From positions 1 to 53,651 of the forward strand of contig JBCCZC010000002.1 in assembly GCA_039188505.1 (NCBI GenBank): a stretch of 53,651 bases of DNA, in the 5' to 3' direction. This stretch comes from Pseudomonadota bacterium (GTDB taxonomy: Bacteria > Pseudomonadota > Gammaproteobacteria > Xanthomonadales > SZUA-38). This document shows, piece after piece, positions 1-8,438 of the stretch. Both the position numbers and the translations under genes were made by a program. How positions within the stretch are numbered: position 1 is the first letter of the stretch; every line of letters starts with the position of its first letter. The notes beneath the pieces are model-generated. The model was not told where the DNA came from. It worked only from the letters and a program-made list of their open reading frames with translations, and did not search any database.

Positions 1-130
1 CGATGTCACTCCCTTCGGGTACTGCCTGATTGAGCTTGACGTTCGGGCACACCTGGGCGTTCGCGCCCAGCGCCAGGCCCATCCCCGCTGCCGCGCCGAC
101 GAGGGCCCAGCATCCGTTCCGAAAACCCAT
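1..130 (-). CDS. secreted protein, N-terminus only (runs off window edge)
   Basis: Not in the ORF track. ATG at 130, preceded by GGAGG. Reads MGFRNGCWALVGAAAGMGLALGANAQVCPNVKLNQAVPEGSDI..., a signal peptide ending ANA-Q. Lies directly downstream of the ECF/kinase pair. Confidence 0.7.
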   Translation of the reverse strand, partial: MGFRNGCWALVGAAAGMGLALGANAQVCPNVKLNQAVPEGSDI

Positions 131-220
131 GTTTGCCTCCACTGCGATTTGAGCTGCTACCCCCAAAGCGCAAGGAGAACGAATTTCCTGTCAGGCGATT
201 TCGCCCCGTGACGAATGCCG

Positions 221-2605
221 TCAGGGCGCCTCGGCAAGCGCCGCGAGGATGCCCTCGACCGTCGCGACCCAGGCCGGATCGACGCCCGGTGCGGCCTCGT
301 AGATCGCCAGCGCCTGCTCGGCGTGCGAGCGCGCGAGCTCCGGCCGCGCGGTGGCCTGGTAGACCTGGGCCAGCTTCTCGTGGGCCTTGCCAATCCGCGG
401 ATGGCCGGCCGCGTAGCCGTTGCGGGCGACCTTGAGCGCCTCGAGGGCATTCGGCTCCGCGCGGTCATAGGCTCCCGCCGCCACCTGCCCGGCCGCGAGA
501 TTGAACAGCGCGGTTGCCGTCTGTGGATGCTCCGGCCCGAGGGTCGCCCGGCGAATCTCCAGAGACCGCTCAAAGAGGCGGTTAACCTCCTCAAGATTGC
601 CGAGTCCGTAGTGGGTGAACGCGAGATTATTGAGGATGATCGCGTAGTTCGGATGCATCTCGCCGGTCGCCTCGGCCTGCAGCTCGAGCGCCTTCTCGAA
701 GGACGCGATCGAATCGAGCTCACGGCCCTCGAGGCTGCCGAGGGCATTCGCCCGGTTGCCCCAGATCGTCGCCAGCGTTTCGGCGCCGATTGCGGTTCCC
801 TCCGCCGCGGCGAGGGCCGCGTCGCTGGCGGCGAGGCTCTCGGCGAATGCACCAGCGTCCGCCCGCAGGCCAGCGAGGTTGGTCCAGACGTTTGCGCGCA
901 GCAGCTCGGCGCGTTCGCCGCCCTCGCCTGCGAGCAGCGCGACGGCCTCCGCGAAGCGCTCCTCGCCACGGTCGAATTCGCTTTCCCACCAGTTGACGAT
1001 GCCGAGTCCATCGAGGACTTCGGCGCGGTCGAGGGCGCTGCCTTGCGCTTCTCGGAGGGCCAGCGCGCGCTCGAGCTGCTCGCGCGCGAGGGGAATCTCC
1101 CCGAGATTCTGGAGCGCGTAGCCGATCGCGTAGCGCATCTCGGCCTCGAGCTCCGGCTGGCCGTCGAAGCGCTCGGCCATGCCGGGGACGGACTGGCGCA
1201 GCGCCCCGGCCAGGGTCGCGGATTCCGCGTTCTCGAAGGGATCGCTGCGGCCGATGAGCTCGACCAGGAAGTCCTTCGCGGCGGTCGCGCGCCCGGCTTC
1301 CCGCTGGGCGAGGTCGCGCTGGTCGCGCGCGACATTGGCCTGCTGGGACACGAGGACCAGGGCAGCGACGAGAATCCCGAGCGTCGCCGCAACGGCGACG
1401 CTGGCCGCCCGATGGCGCTGCACGAACTTGCCCAGGCGATAGGCGCCGCTCGCACCGCGCGCCCGCACGGGAAAGCCGCCCAGGTAGCGCCCGATGTCCT
1501 CCGCGAACGCCGCCGCCGTGGGGTAGCGTCCCCCGGGCTCCTTGCGCAGGGCGGTCATCACGATGCGATCGAGATCGCCGCGCAGGGCCCGCTGCAGCTC
1601 ACGGGCATCGTTCAAGCCCGCGGGCGGCGACGACTGCCGCCTCGCCACCAGGTCAGATGGGTTCGAGGGAACGGAATCGCAGACCGTCCGTTCGATTTCC
1701 GCCGGGGCCAGCGACGGAAAATGGTACGGGCGGCTGCCCACGAGCAGCTCATAGAGCAGGACACCGAGCGAGTAGACGTCACTCGCGGCGGTCACGGCCT
1801 CGCCACGCACCTGCTCGGGGCTCGCGTACTCGGGCGTCAGCAGCTGGGCCTGGGTCCGGGTCTGCGGCAGCGCGACGTCCAGGGCCTCGGCATCGAGCAC
1901 CTTGGCGATGCCGAAGTCGATGAGCTTCGGGTCGCCCGCATGGGTCACGAGCACGTTGCCCGGCTTCAGGTCCCGGTGCACGATGCCGCGTTCGTGGGCC
2001 AGCTCGACCGCCGCGCACACGCGCTGGAACAGCTGGAGCCTCGCGTCGAGGTCGAGGGCGTGACCGCGGCAGAAGTCGACGATCCGCTGCCCGCGGACGA
2101 GCTCCATGACCAGATAGGGCACGTCGTCTTCCGTCGTGCCCCCATCGATGACCCGCGCGATGCCTGGATGCTCCAGCGAGGCGAGGATCTCGCGTTCAGC
2201 CTCGAAGCGGGCCCGGGCGTCGGGCGAGGTCAGACGAGCCTCGAACAGCTTGACGGCGACCGCCTGCGCGAAGCCGCCGGCCACCCGCCGCGCCTCGAAG
2301 ACGCGCCCCATGCCACCCGCGCCGATCTCGGCCACGATCTCGAAGGCGCCCAGGCGATCACCGACGCGCTGGGGCGTCGGCGGCACCGCATCGAGCGGAG
2401 ACCGCAGGAAGTCGTCCTGTGCGCTCCGGTCGGCGTCGCTGAGGCGGAGGATCTCCGCGAGGAGTTCGGTGTCCCCCGCGCAGCGCTCAGCGAGCCAGGA
2501 GAATCGCAGGCTGGACGCCAGTTCGAGGCTCTCGGCGAAAAGCGCGAGCGCCCGTGCTTCGCGATCCGGCGGTTCGCCGGGTGAATTCTCGTCGCGGTCG
2601 GTCAC
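221..2605 (-). CDS. membrane-anchored Hanks-type Ser/Thr protein kinase with C-terminal TPR-like repeats
   Basis: Motifs IGAGGMGRV, VAVK, HRDLKPGN, DFG, TPEYASPE; one TM helix; TPR-like repeats (HPNYAIILNNLA, HPQTATALFNLA). Start placed at GTG 2605, overlapping the ECF stop (GTGA); the ORF track starts at 2647. Confidence 0.92.
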   Translation of the reverse strand: MTDRDENSPGEPPDREARALALFAESLELASSLRFSWLAERCAGDTELLAEILRLSDADRSAQDDFLRSPLDAVPPTPQRVGDRLGAFEIVAEIGAGGMGRVFEARRVAGGFAQAVAVKLFEARLTSPDARARFEAEREILASLEHPGIARVIDGGTTEDDVPYLVMELVRGQRIVDFCRGHALDLDARLQLFQRVCAAVELAHERGIVHRDLKPGNVLVTHAGDPKLIDFGIAKVLDAEALDVALPQTRTQAQLLTPEYASPEQVRGEAVTAASDVYSLGVLLYELLVGSRPYHFPSLAPAEIERTVCDSVPSNPSDLVARRQSSPPAGLNDARELQRALRGDLDRIVMTALRKEPGGRYPTAAAFAEDIGRYLGGFPVRARGASGAYRLGKFVQRHRAASVAVAATLGILVAALVLVSQQANVARDQRDLAQREAGRATAAKDFLVELIGRSDPFENAESATLAGALRQSVPGMAERFDGQPELEAEMRYAIGYALQNLGEIPLAREQLERALALREAQGSALDRAEVLDGLGIVNWWESEFDRGEERFAEAVALLAGEGGERAELLRANVWTNLAGLRADAGAFAESLAASDAALAAAEGTAIGAETLATIWGNRANALGSLEGRELDSIASFEKALELQAEATGEMHPNYAIILNNLAFTHYGLGNLEEVNRLFERSLEIRRATLGPEHPQTATALFNLAAGQVAAGAYDRAEPNALEALKVARNGYAAGHPRIGKAHEKLAQVYQATARPELARSHAEQALAIYEAAPGVDPAWVATVEGILAALAEAP

Positions 2606-3162
2606 GCAGCCAGCTGCCGATACAGCCACGCCCGGGCCGCGCGCCACTGGCGGCTCACCGTCGCTTCCGACTGCTCCGTGGCGACCGCGACCTCCTCGAT
2701 CGTCAGCCCGCCGAAGTAGCGCAGCTCGACGATGCGGGCCTGACGTTCATTCAGGGATTCGAGCCGATCGAGGGCCGTATCGATGGCCAATAGCTCCACC
2801 GCATCGTTGGTCTCGCCGTGGAGTTCCGGCTGGAGGGTGATCTCGTTGCCGCCACCGCGACGCTGGGCATTCCGGCGGCGGCCGTGGTCGACGAGGATCT
2901 GCCGAATGATGCGGGACGACACCGCGAAGAAATGCACGCGATCCTGCCAGTCGACGGGTGTCCCGCGCAGCAGCTTCAGGAACGCCTCGTTCACCAGGGC
3001 CGTCGGCTGATAGGTGTGTCCCGGGCGTTCCTTCGCCAGCTGGCGCGCGGCCACGACCCGGAGCTCCGCGTACACGGACTCGAACAGCCGCGCCCCGGCC
3101 TCCGCGTCACCCGCGGACCAGGCCCGAAGCCAGCCCGTCAGACTGTCCTGCCCTTGTTCCAC
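2602..3162 (-). CDS. ECF sigma factor, kinase-associated type (TIGR02999/ECF43-like)
   Basis: YAELRVVAARQL...HTYQPTALVNEAFLKL...HFFAVSSRIIRQILVDHGR...IVELRYFGGLTIEEVA...W..ARAWL; translationally coupled to the kinase. Confidence 0.92.
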   Translation of the reverse strand: MEQGQDSLTGWLRAWSAGDAEAGARLFESVYAELRVVAARQLAKERPGHTYQPTALVNEAFLKLLRGTPVDWQDRVHFFAVSSRIIRQILVDHGRRRNAQRRGGGNEITLQPELHGETNDAVELLAIDTALDRLESLNERQARIVELRYFGGLTIEEVAVATEQSEATVSRQWRAARAWLYRQLAA

Positions 3163-3267
3163 CCATGCTCCCTGCGACCGTCGATGATGGGTCGACGGAT
3201 ACGGTCAGTATAACGAGACCGTCGCAGGGGCAAATCGATTACTTCGCCAAGGGCGAACAGCCGGAGG

Positions 3268-4671
3268 CTACTTCGCCGCCTCGCCGCCCTCGAAGCCGCT
3301 GAAGAACACGGTCTCCGCCGTCACGCCGCCGGTCAGGGCCGTCAGGGCGATCCGTTCGAAGCCCTCGCCGGGTCGCACATCGAAGCCAGCTGACACGATG
3401 CGTTCACCGGCGATCACCGTCGCCCGCTGCTCGACGAAGGTGCCATGGCGACCATAGCCGTCGACCCCGAAAGCGCGGTCGATCGTGCCGTCGGCATTCA
3501 ACGCGATCACGCCGCTCTCGGGCGTGGTGACGTCGTTCACACCCACCAGAATGCCGCCGTCGGCTTGCTGTAGAAGGCAACGGCCGCAGGCGAAGGGAAA
3601 GTCCGAAAAGCTCTCGAGTAGCAGGACGCCCGCATCACCTCGCGCGGTATCGAGCGTGCCATCGGCGCGGTAGAAGGCCAGCGCAACGACCCGCTGCAGG
3701 AGTTCGGTCTGGCTCTCGCCGATCACGATGATGTTGCCGTTCTCCGTCAGGATCACGTCCACGATCCGGGACCGGAACTGGACCGGCGTTCGCACCCGGC
3801 CGTCGTCGCCGAAGGACGGATCCAGCGATCCGTCGGGGAGATAGCGCACGAGGCCGAAATCGGACCGGAAGCCGATGTCGGAGAAGTCGCGCTCGAAGCC
3901 GGCGCCGCCCGCCACGATAATCCGGCCGTCGTCCTGTACCGCGACGGCCGTGGCCTCGTCCTCGAAATTGCCGAAATCGGTGATGACCAGGCCGTCCACC
4001 CCGAAGTTCGGATCAGGCGTGCCGTCGGCGAGGTACTTCAGCACGGCGAAGTCCCGGTCGAGCAGATTGCTCTCGTCCGGAACGAAGGCCGCGGCCAGCA
4101 CGATGCCGCCGTCTGGATGCGCGGCGACGGCGCGGGCGCTGTCGCGAAAGTCGGTCACGTCCCGGCGAACCGCGCCGCCCTCACCGAAGCTCTCGACCGG
4201 GTCGCCGGAGGGGGAGAACATCCCGATCAGGAGGTCCTGATCCGCAACCGCGATCTCCGCGATGCCGACGATGACGATATTGCCGTCGCGCGTCACGGTC
4301 ATGGAAGCGAGCTGGTCGTCCATTTCGGGGTAGTCGGGTCTGACGATGCCATCGGAACCGAAGCTGGTATCGAGGGTGCCGTCGGGAAGATAGGCCGCCA
4401 GCACGATCTCGCTCTCCGTGAAGGTCACGATCGCGGTGCCCCCCACGACGATGCGCCCGTCCGGCAGCACCACCGCGCTGTTGGCGCGCACGCCAGGCAG
4501 GTCGGGCAGCAGCGTGGTCGCCGCCAGTCCGTTCTCGCCGAAGCTCGTATCGACTTCGCCGGCGGCATGGGCGGACGAGAGCGTTATCGCGAGAACGATG
4601 AGGAGCGTACCCAGGCCGTCAGGGAGACTGGCCTGACGCCAGAGAAGATTCTTGCGCACTGCTGCGGACAT
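3268..4671 (-). CDS. secreted delta-60-repeat beta-propeller protein with C-terminal FxxGFE motif
   Basis: Signal peptide (..SSAHA-A); seven G-x-(L/V/P/I)-D-x-x-FG-x-x-G-type repeats (e.g. GTLDTSFGSDG, GSLDPSFGDDG); ends ETVFFSGFEGGEAAK. Confidence 0.8.
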   Translation of the reverse strand: MSAAVRKNLLWRQASLPDGLGTLLIVLAITLSSAHAAGEVDTSFGENGLAATTLLPDLPGVRANSAVVLPDGRIVVGGTAIVTFTESEIVLAAYLPDGTLDTSFGSDGIVRPDYPEMDDQLASMTVTRDGNIVIVGIAEIAVADQDLLIGMFSPSGDPVESFGEGGAVRRDVTDFRDSARAVAAHPDGGIVLAAAFVPDESNLLDRDFAVLKYLADGTPDPNFGVDGLVITDFGNFEDEATAVAVQDDGRIIVAGGAGFERDFSDIGFRSDFGLVRYLPDGSLDPSFGDDGRVRTPVQFRSRIVDVILTENGNIIVIGESQTELLQRVVALAFYRADGTLDTARGDAGVLLLESFSDFPFACGRCLLQQADGGILVGVNDVTTPESGVIALNADGTIDRAFGVDGYGRHGTFVEQRATVIAGERIVSAGFDVRPGEGFERIALTALTGGVTAETVFFSGFEGGEAAK

Positions 4672-4767
4672 GGCCGGCACCGTTCGTGGGGGTCTACGCG
4701 TAAAGCGCAGGACGGGCCGGTTTCCTGTCAGTTGATGACGGCTGCGCTGCAGGTCTCGGTGTGGTCG

Positions 4768-5664
4768 TCAGTCCGGAGCGCCTGAAGCGACGTCACCGTC
4801 GAGGGTCTGGAAGGAGTCGGAGTGCTTCAGATTGAACTCGCGCACGTGCTGCTGGTAGGCAGGATCGAAGCCGTCCTCGCGCAGCGAGTCGATCAGGCGC
4901 CGGAACTCGGGATCGTTCTTCACGTGCGTCGCGCTGGCGATCGGCGCGAGATGGTGATCGGCTACGATGCGGGATCCCCGCTGGACCCCATCGCCGCGGT
5001 CGTCCGAGTAGTACTGCGACAGCACCAGAATCCGGGTGCCGACGAACAGCGCCTCCTCGAGGTCGTGGGTGACGAAGAAAATCGTCATCTGCTCCTCTTC
5101 CCACAGCTCCAGGAGGAAGAGCTGCATCTCCTCGCGGGTATCCGGGTCGAGGGCGCCGAAGGGTTCGTCCATGAGGAGAATGCGCGGCTTCATCATGAGC
5201 GACTGGGCGATCGCCACGCGCTGCTGCATGCCGCCCGAAAGTTCGTGCGGATATTTGTCCGCGTGGGCACCGAGGCGCACGCGCTCGAGCATCGCCATGC
5301 CCGCCTCGCGATTCTCCGCGCGCCGACGACGGCGTTCGAGAACACCCTGGGTCAGGGTGCGGCCGAGGGTGACGTTGTCGATGACGCTCAGGTGCGGATA
5401 GAGCCCGTAGCGCTGGAAGACGATGCCGCGCGACGGATCGGGGAAGCCCGCCGTACTCCCGTCGATCCGCAGGGTGCCGCGGGTGGGAAACTCCTGTCCT
5501 AGGATCAGCCGGAGCAGCGTCGACTTGCCGCACCCTGAGGGTCCGACGAGGGTGCAGATCTCACCTTCGCTGACCTGCAGGTCGACGTCCTCGAGCACGA
5601 CCTTGCTACCGTACTCCTTGCGAACGTCCTCGATGGAGAGCATCGCGGCGGTCGGCTCGCTCAT
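4768..5664 (-). CDS. ABC transporter ATP-binding protein (NitT/TauT type)
   Basis: Walker A GPSGCGKST, signature LSGGMQQR, Walker B ILLMDEPFGALD, FVTHD. ATG 5664 overlaps the permease stop (ATGA). Confidence 0.93.
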   Translation of the reverse strand: MSEPTAAMLSIEDVRKEYGSKVVLEDVDLQVSEGEICTLVGPSGCGKSTLLRLILGQEFPTRGTLRIDGSTAGFPDPSRGIVFQRYGLYPHLSVIDNVTLGRTLTQGVLERRRRRAENREAGMAMLERVRLGAHADKYPHELSGGMQQRVAIAQSLMMKPRILLMDEPFGALDPDTREEMQLFLLELWEEEQMTIFFVTHDLEEALFVGTRILVLSQYYSDDRGDGVQRGSRIVADHHLAPIASATHVKNDPEFRRLIDSLREDGFDPAYQQHVREFNLKHSDSFQTLDGDVASGAPD

Positions 5665-6485
5665 GGCTGATACCACCGATAGCGCGTGCGGATCCACTGT
5701 TTCAGGCCGAAGTCGATGAGGAAGCCCAGCATCGTGATCCAGAAGACATAGGGAATGATCACGTCCATGGCGAGGTAGCGACGGACCAGGAAGATCCGGT
5801 AGCCGAGGCCGTCGGTCGAGGCGATGGCTTCAGCGGCAATCAGGAACAGCCACGCCGCGCCCAGCGCCAGCCGCACGGCCTCGAGGAGTCGCGGCAGAAT
5901 CTGCGGCAGGACGATGCGCCACGCCACCGCGAATTCGCTTGCGCCGAGGGTCAGCGCCTTGGTGATCTGCTCCTGCGGCAGCTTCGCCGTCGCCAGCGCG
6001 ACGTCCCGGGTGATCACCGGAAAGACCCCGATGAAGATCAACATCACCTTGCCGAGCTCGCCCACCCCGAACGTAATGAACAGGATTGGCAGTATGGCAA
6101 GCGGTGGCACCATTGCGACGAAGGTCACGAAGGGATTCATGAGCGCGTGGAAGCCCCGGAAGAGTCCGATGCTCAGGCCCAGCACGAGACCCGCCAGCGC
6201 TGCGGACACCACGCCGATCGCCAACCGCTTGAGGCTCGAGAGGGTGTCTCTCCAGAGCAGGTACTCGCCGCTGCGCCGGTCCTCGGTGAAGGCCATCCGC
6301 ACGAAGGCGTCCTTCATCTGGACCACGCCCGGGAGCAGCTTGTCCTGGGGGTTGGCTTCGAGCCGGGCATCGGACGCGGACAGGTAGACCGCGATGAGCA
6401 GCACGAACGGCAGAACGGCCAGCAGCCAGTTCAGCCGCGTGCCGGGCCTCGCGTGGAGGCCCAGGAAGCGGGGATGATCGGCCAT
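5661..6485 (-). CDS. ABC transporter permease (NitT/TauT type)
   Basis: Multiple TM helices, KALTLGAS loop, AWLFLIAAEAIASTDGLGYRIFLVRRYLAMDVIIPYV typical of the urea-carboxylase-associated permease family. Confidence 0.92.
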   Translation of the reverse strand: MADHPRFLGLHARPGTRLNWLLAVLPFVLLIAVYLSASDARLEANPQDKLLPGVVQMKDAFVRMAFTEDRRSGEYLLWRDTLSSLKRLAIGVVSAALAGLVLGLSIGLFRGFHALMNPFVTFVAMVPPLAILPILFITFGVGELGKVMLIFIGVFPVITRDVALATAKLPQEQITKALTLGASEFAVAWRIVLPQILPRLLEAVRLALGAAWLFLIAAEAIASTDGLGYRIFLVRRYLAMDVIIPYVFWITMLGFLIDFGLKQWIRTRYRWYQP

Positions 6486-6496
6486 CCCCCGGTGCC

Positions 6497-7531
6497 CTAC
6501 TGGCCTTCCGCCGCGTTGCGCATGGCGGCATCCACGAAGCGGAGCTTCACGTTGCTCTCTTTGCCGAGGACGGTGCCGTCGGGGAAAGCGATGCCCACGA
6601 AATCGGGCGAGTCTGCGCCGGCGCCGAAGAGCCCCTTGTCGAAGGAGAACTGCCGGACGTTCTCCATCGTCTCCTTGATCTGATCACCAGCCGCGAAGTC
6701 GGCCGCCTCGGCCGCCCCGTAGAACATGGCCGTGGTCTTGAGCTGGGCACGGAACTCGGCCTCGGTGGCACCCGTGGCGGCGGCCATCGAGGCGATGGCC
6801 TCGTCCGCCTTCGGCCCCGGGGTGCTCATGATGTCCATGACCTCGTACCAGGCGCCGACGAGCGCAAGCCGCAGCTCCTCGGGCGCGTCCGAGCGCACGA
6901 CCATCAGGTCGATGATCTCGCCGGGCGTCTTCGATGAGTCGAACACCAGTTCCGCACCGGCCGCGTTGCGGACCTGCTGCAGCGGCGGGTTCCAGGTGAC
7001 GACCGCACCGTCAGGGTTGGCGATGAAGACCGAGGCGATGTCGGCATCAGATGTGTTCACGACGGTGAGGTCGCGCTCGCTCATACCGTTCATCTCCAGC
7101 GCCCGCGCGAGCAGATAGTGCGAGACGGACAGCTCCACGAGCATCACGTCGCGGCCCCGCAGGTCGCTGACGGACGTACCGTTCTTCATCACGATGCCGT
7201 CGTTGCCGTTGGAGAAATCACCGACGATCACGGCGGTCGAATCCACACCACCCACGGCCGGAATCGTCAGTGCATCCATGTTGGTCATGGTGCAGGCGTC
7301 GTACTCGCCGGCGGTGTAGAGGTTGATCGACTCGATGTAGTCGTTGATCAGCTCGACCTCGATGCTGATGCCGTACTTGTCGGCCCAGCGGTCGATAATC
7401 CCGGCTTCCTGGGCATACCCCCAGGGCTCCCAGCCGACGTAGTGGGACCACGCAACCTTGTAGTCCTGGGCGATCACTTGACCGGCGCTAAGAAGCCCGG
7501 CAAGCAGAATCCATCCGGCTTTCAGTTTCAT
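6497..7531 (-). CDS. ABC substrate-binding protein, urea/guanidine-carboxylase-associated family (TIGR03427-like)
   Basis: Signal peptide, then KVAWSHYVGWEPW...INDYIESINLYTAG...CTMTNMDALTIPAVGGVDST...DFSNGNDGI...VELSVSHYLLARAL, recognised as this family's consensus. Confidence 0.85.
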   Translation of the reverse strand: MKLKAGWILLAGLLSAGQVIAQDYKVAWSHYVGWEPWGYAQEAGIIDRWADKYGISIEVELINDYIESINLYTAGEYDACTMTNMDALTIPAVGGVDSTAVIVGDFSNGNDGIVMKNGTSVSDLRGRDVMLVELSVSHYLLARALEMNGMSERDLTVVNTSDADIASVFIANPDGAVVTWNPPLQQVRNAAGAELVFDSSKTPGEIIDLMVVRSDAPEELRLALVGAWYEVMDIMSTPGPKADEAIASMAAATGATEAEFRAQLKTTAMFYGAAEAADFAAGDQIKETMENVRQFSFDKGLFGAGADSPDFVGIAFPDGTVLGKESNVKLRFVDAAMRNAAEGQ

Positions 7532-7601
7532 CCTTCTTCTCCCCATCCCTTGCCCGTATCAGCGGGCGGTTGATCCGTATGAGTAGCCGCGCCAGCCCGG
7601 G

Positions 7602-8438
7602 TCAGCTCTTCAATTTAGCACGGTCGTACGCGGCCGTATTCGCCGCCAGGCGCTGCAGCTCATCCATCGCGGTTTCGAGATTCACCTTTGCCAGCCCCTG
7701 AGTCGTCTCGACCGTCGCCAGGGTCATCGCGGTGGTGTCGAGCTGGGTCATCGCGACCTCGTTCGCGGCCAGCCAGTCCTCGATGCGCGCCCGCTGCTCG
7801 ACATCGAGTTCGAGCCGCTGGCGCAGGGTCGCAAGCTCGTTTCGAGCCGCATCGGATTCGACCGCACCAGCCTCGAGCTCCGCGATCCGGCGGCGGGAGT
7901 ACTCGACGTCGATGGCGGCGATGGAACGCGAAACGCCAACGATGCGATTGAGATTGTCCAGGACCGCGAAGTACACCTGTTCGGCGATCCCGAGATAGCG
8001 CGAGTAGGTCAGCGTGTGCGGTTTGAACTTGCCGCCCAGCACCTCCTGGTAGGCGTCGAACTTCTCCTGCACCCGCTGGAGCTGCCGATAGCCGAGCTCG
8101 CTGTCGATCTGCTTCAGCCCCTTCTTGAGGAACTCCAGCAGTTCGGAATGGCGATTCAGCGCCTGCTCCCGCAGCTTTCGGACATAGCGTGACGCGAAGA
8201 AGTCCCGGCGAGCGAAGCGGTTGATCAGCAGCCCGCTCGTGGCAATGACACCACCGGCCGCCATCGCCCCGAGCGCCACCAGTCCCGGCCCGAGCGCGAT
8301 CGCCGCGAGGCCGCCGATCACGGCGGCACCGGCCGGATAGAGCACGGTCGGATGCTGCGTGCTTTCCTTCAGCACGGCCCGGTTGATGGCCTTCGGCGAG
8401 AAATCGGGCCTCGCCTCACGCGCCTCGATCGTGGCCAT
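7602..8438 (-). CDS. hypothetical protein: N-terminal TM hairpin plus long helical/coiled-coil domain
   Basis: ATG 8438 overlaps the upstream stop (TGATG). Two hydrophobic segments, then KFKPHTLTYSRYLGIAEQVYFAVLDNL and a heptad-rich C-terminus. The ORF-track extension to 8819 overlaps the neighbouring gene and is not used. Confidence 0.8.
   Translation of the reverse strand: MATIEAREARPDFSPKAINRAVLKESTQHPTVLYPAGAAVIGGLAAIALGPGLVALGAMAAGGVIATSGLLINRFARRDFFASRYVRKLREQALNRHSELLEFLKKGLKQIDSELGYRQLQRVQEKFDAYQEVLGGKFKPHTLTYSRYLGIAEQVYFAVLDNLNRIVGVSRSIAAIDVEYSRRRIAELEAGAVESDAARNELATLRQRLELDVEQRARIEDWLAANEVAMTQLDTTAMTLATVETTQGLAKVNLETAMDELQRLAANTAAYDRAKLKS

Noticed and set aside
215-2584. 789-aa plus-strand ORF and many other long antisense or alternate-frame ORFs (e.g. 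17647-19155, 29825-31075, 35265-36740, 45404-46702)
   Set aside because: Shadow ORFs of real genes in high-GC DNA; Arg/Pro/Ala-rich with no domain motifs.
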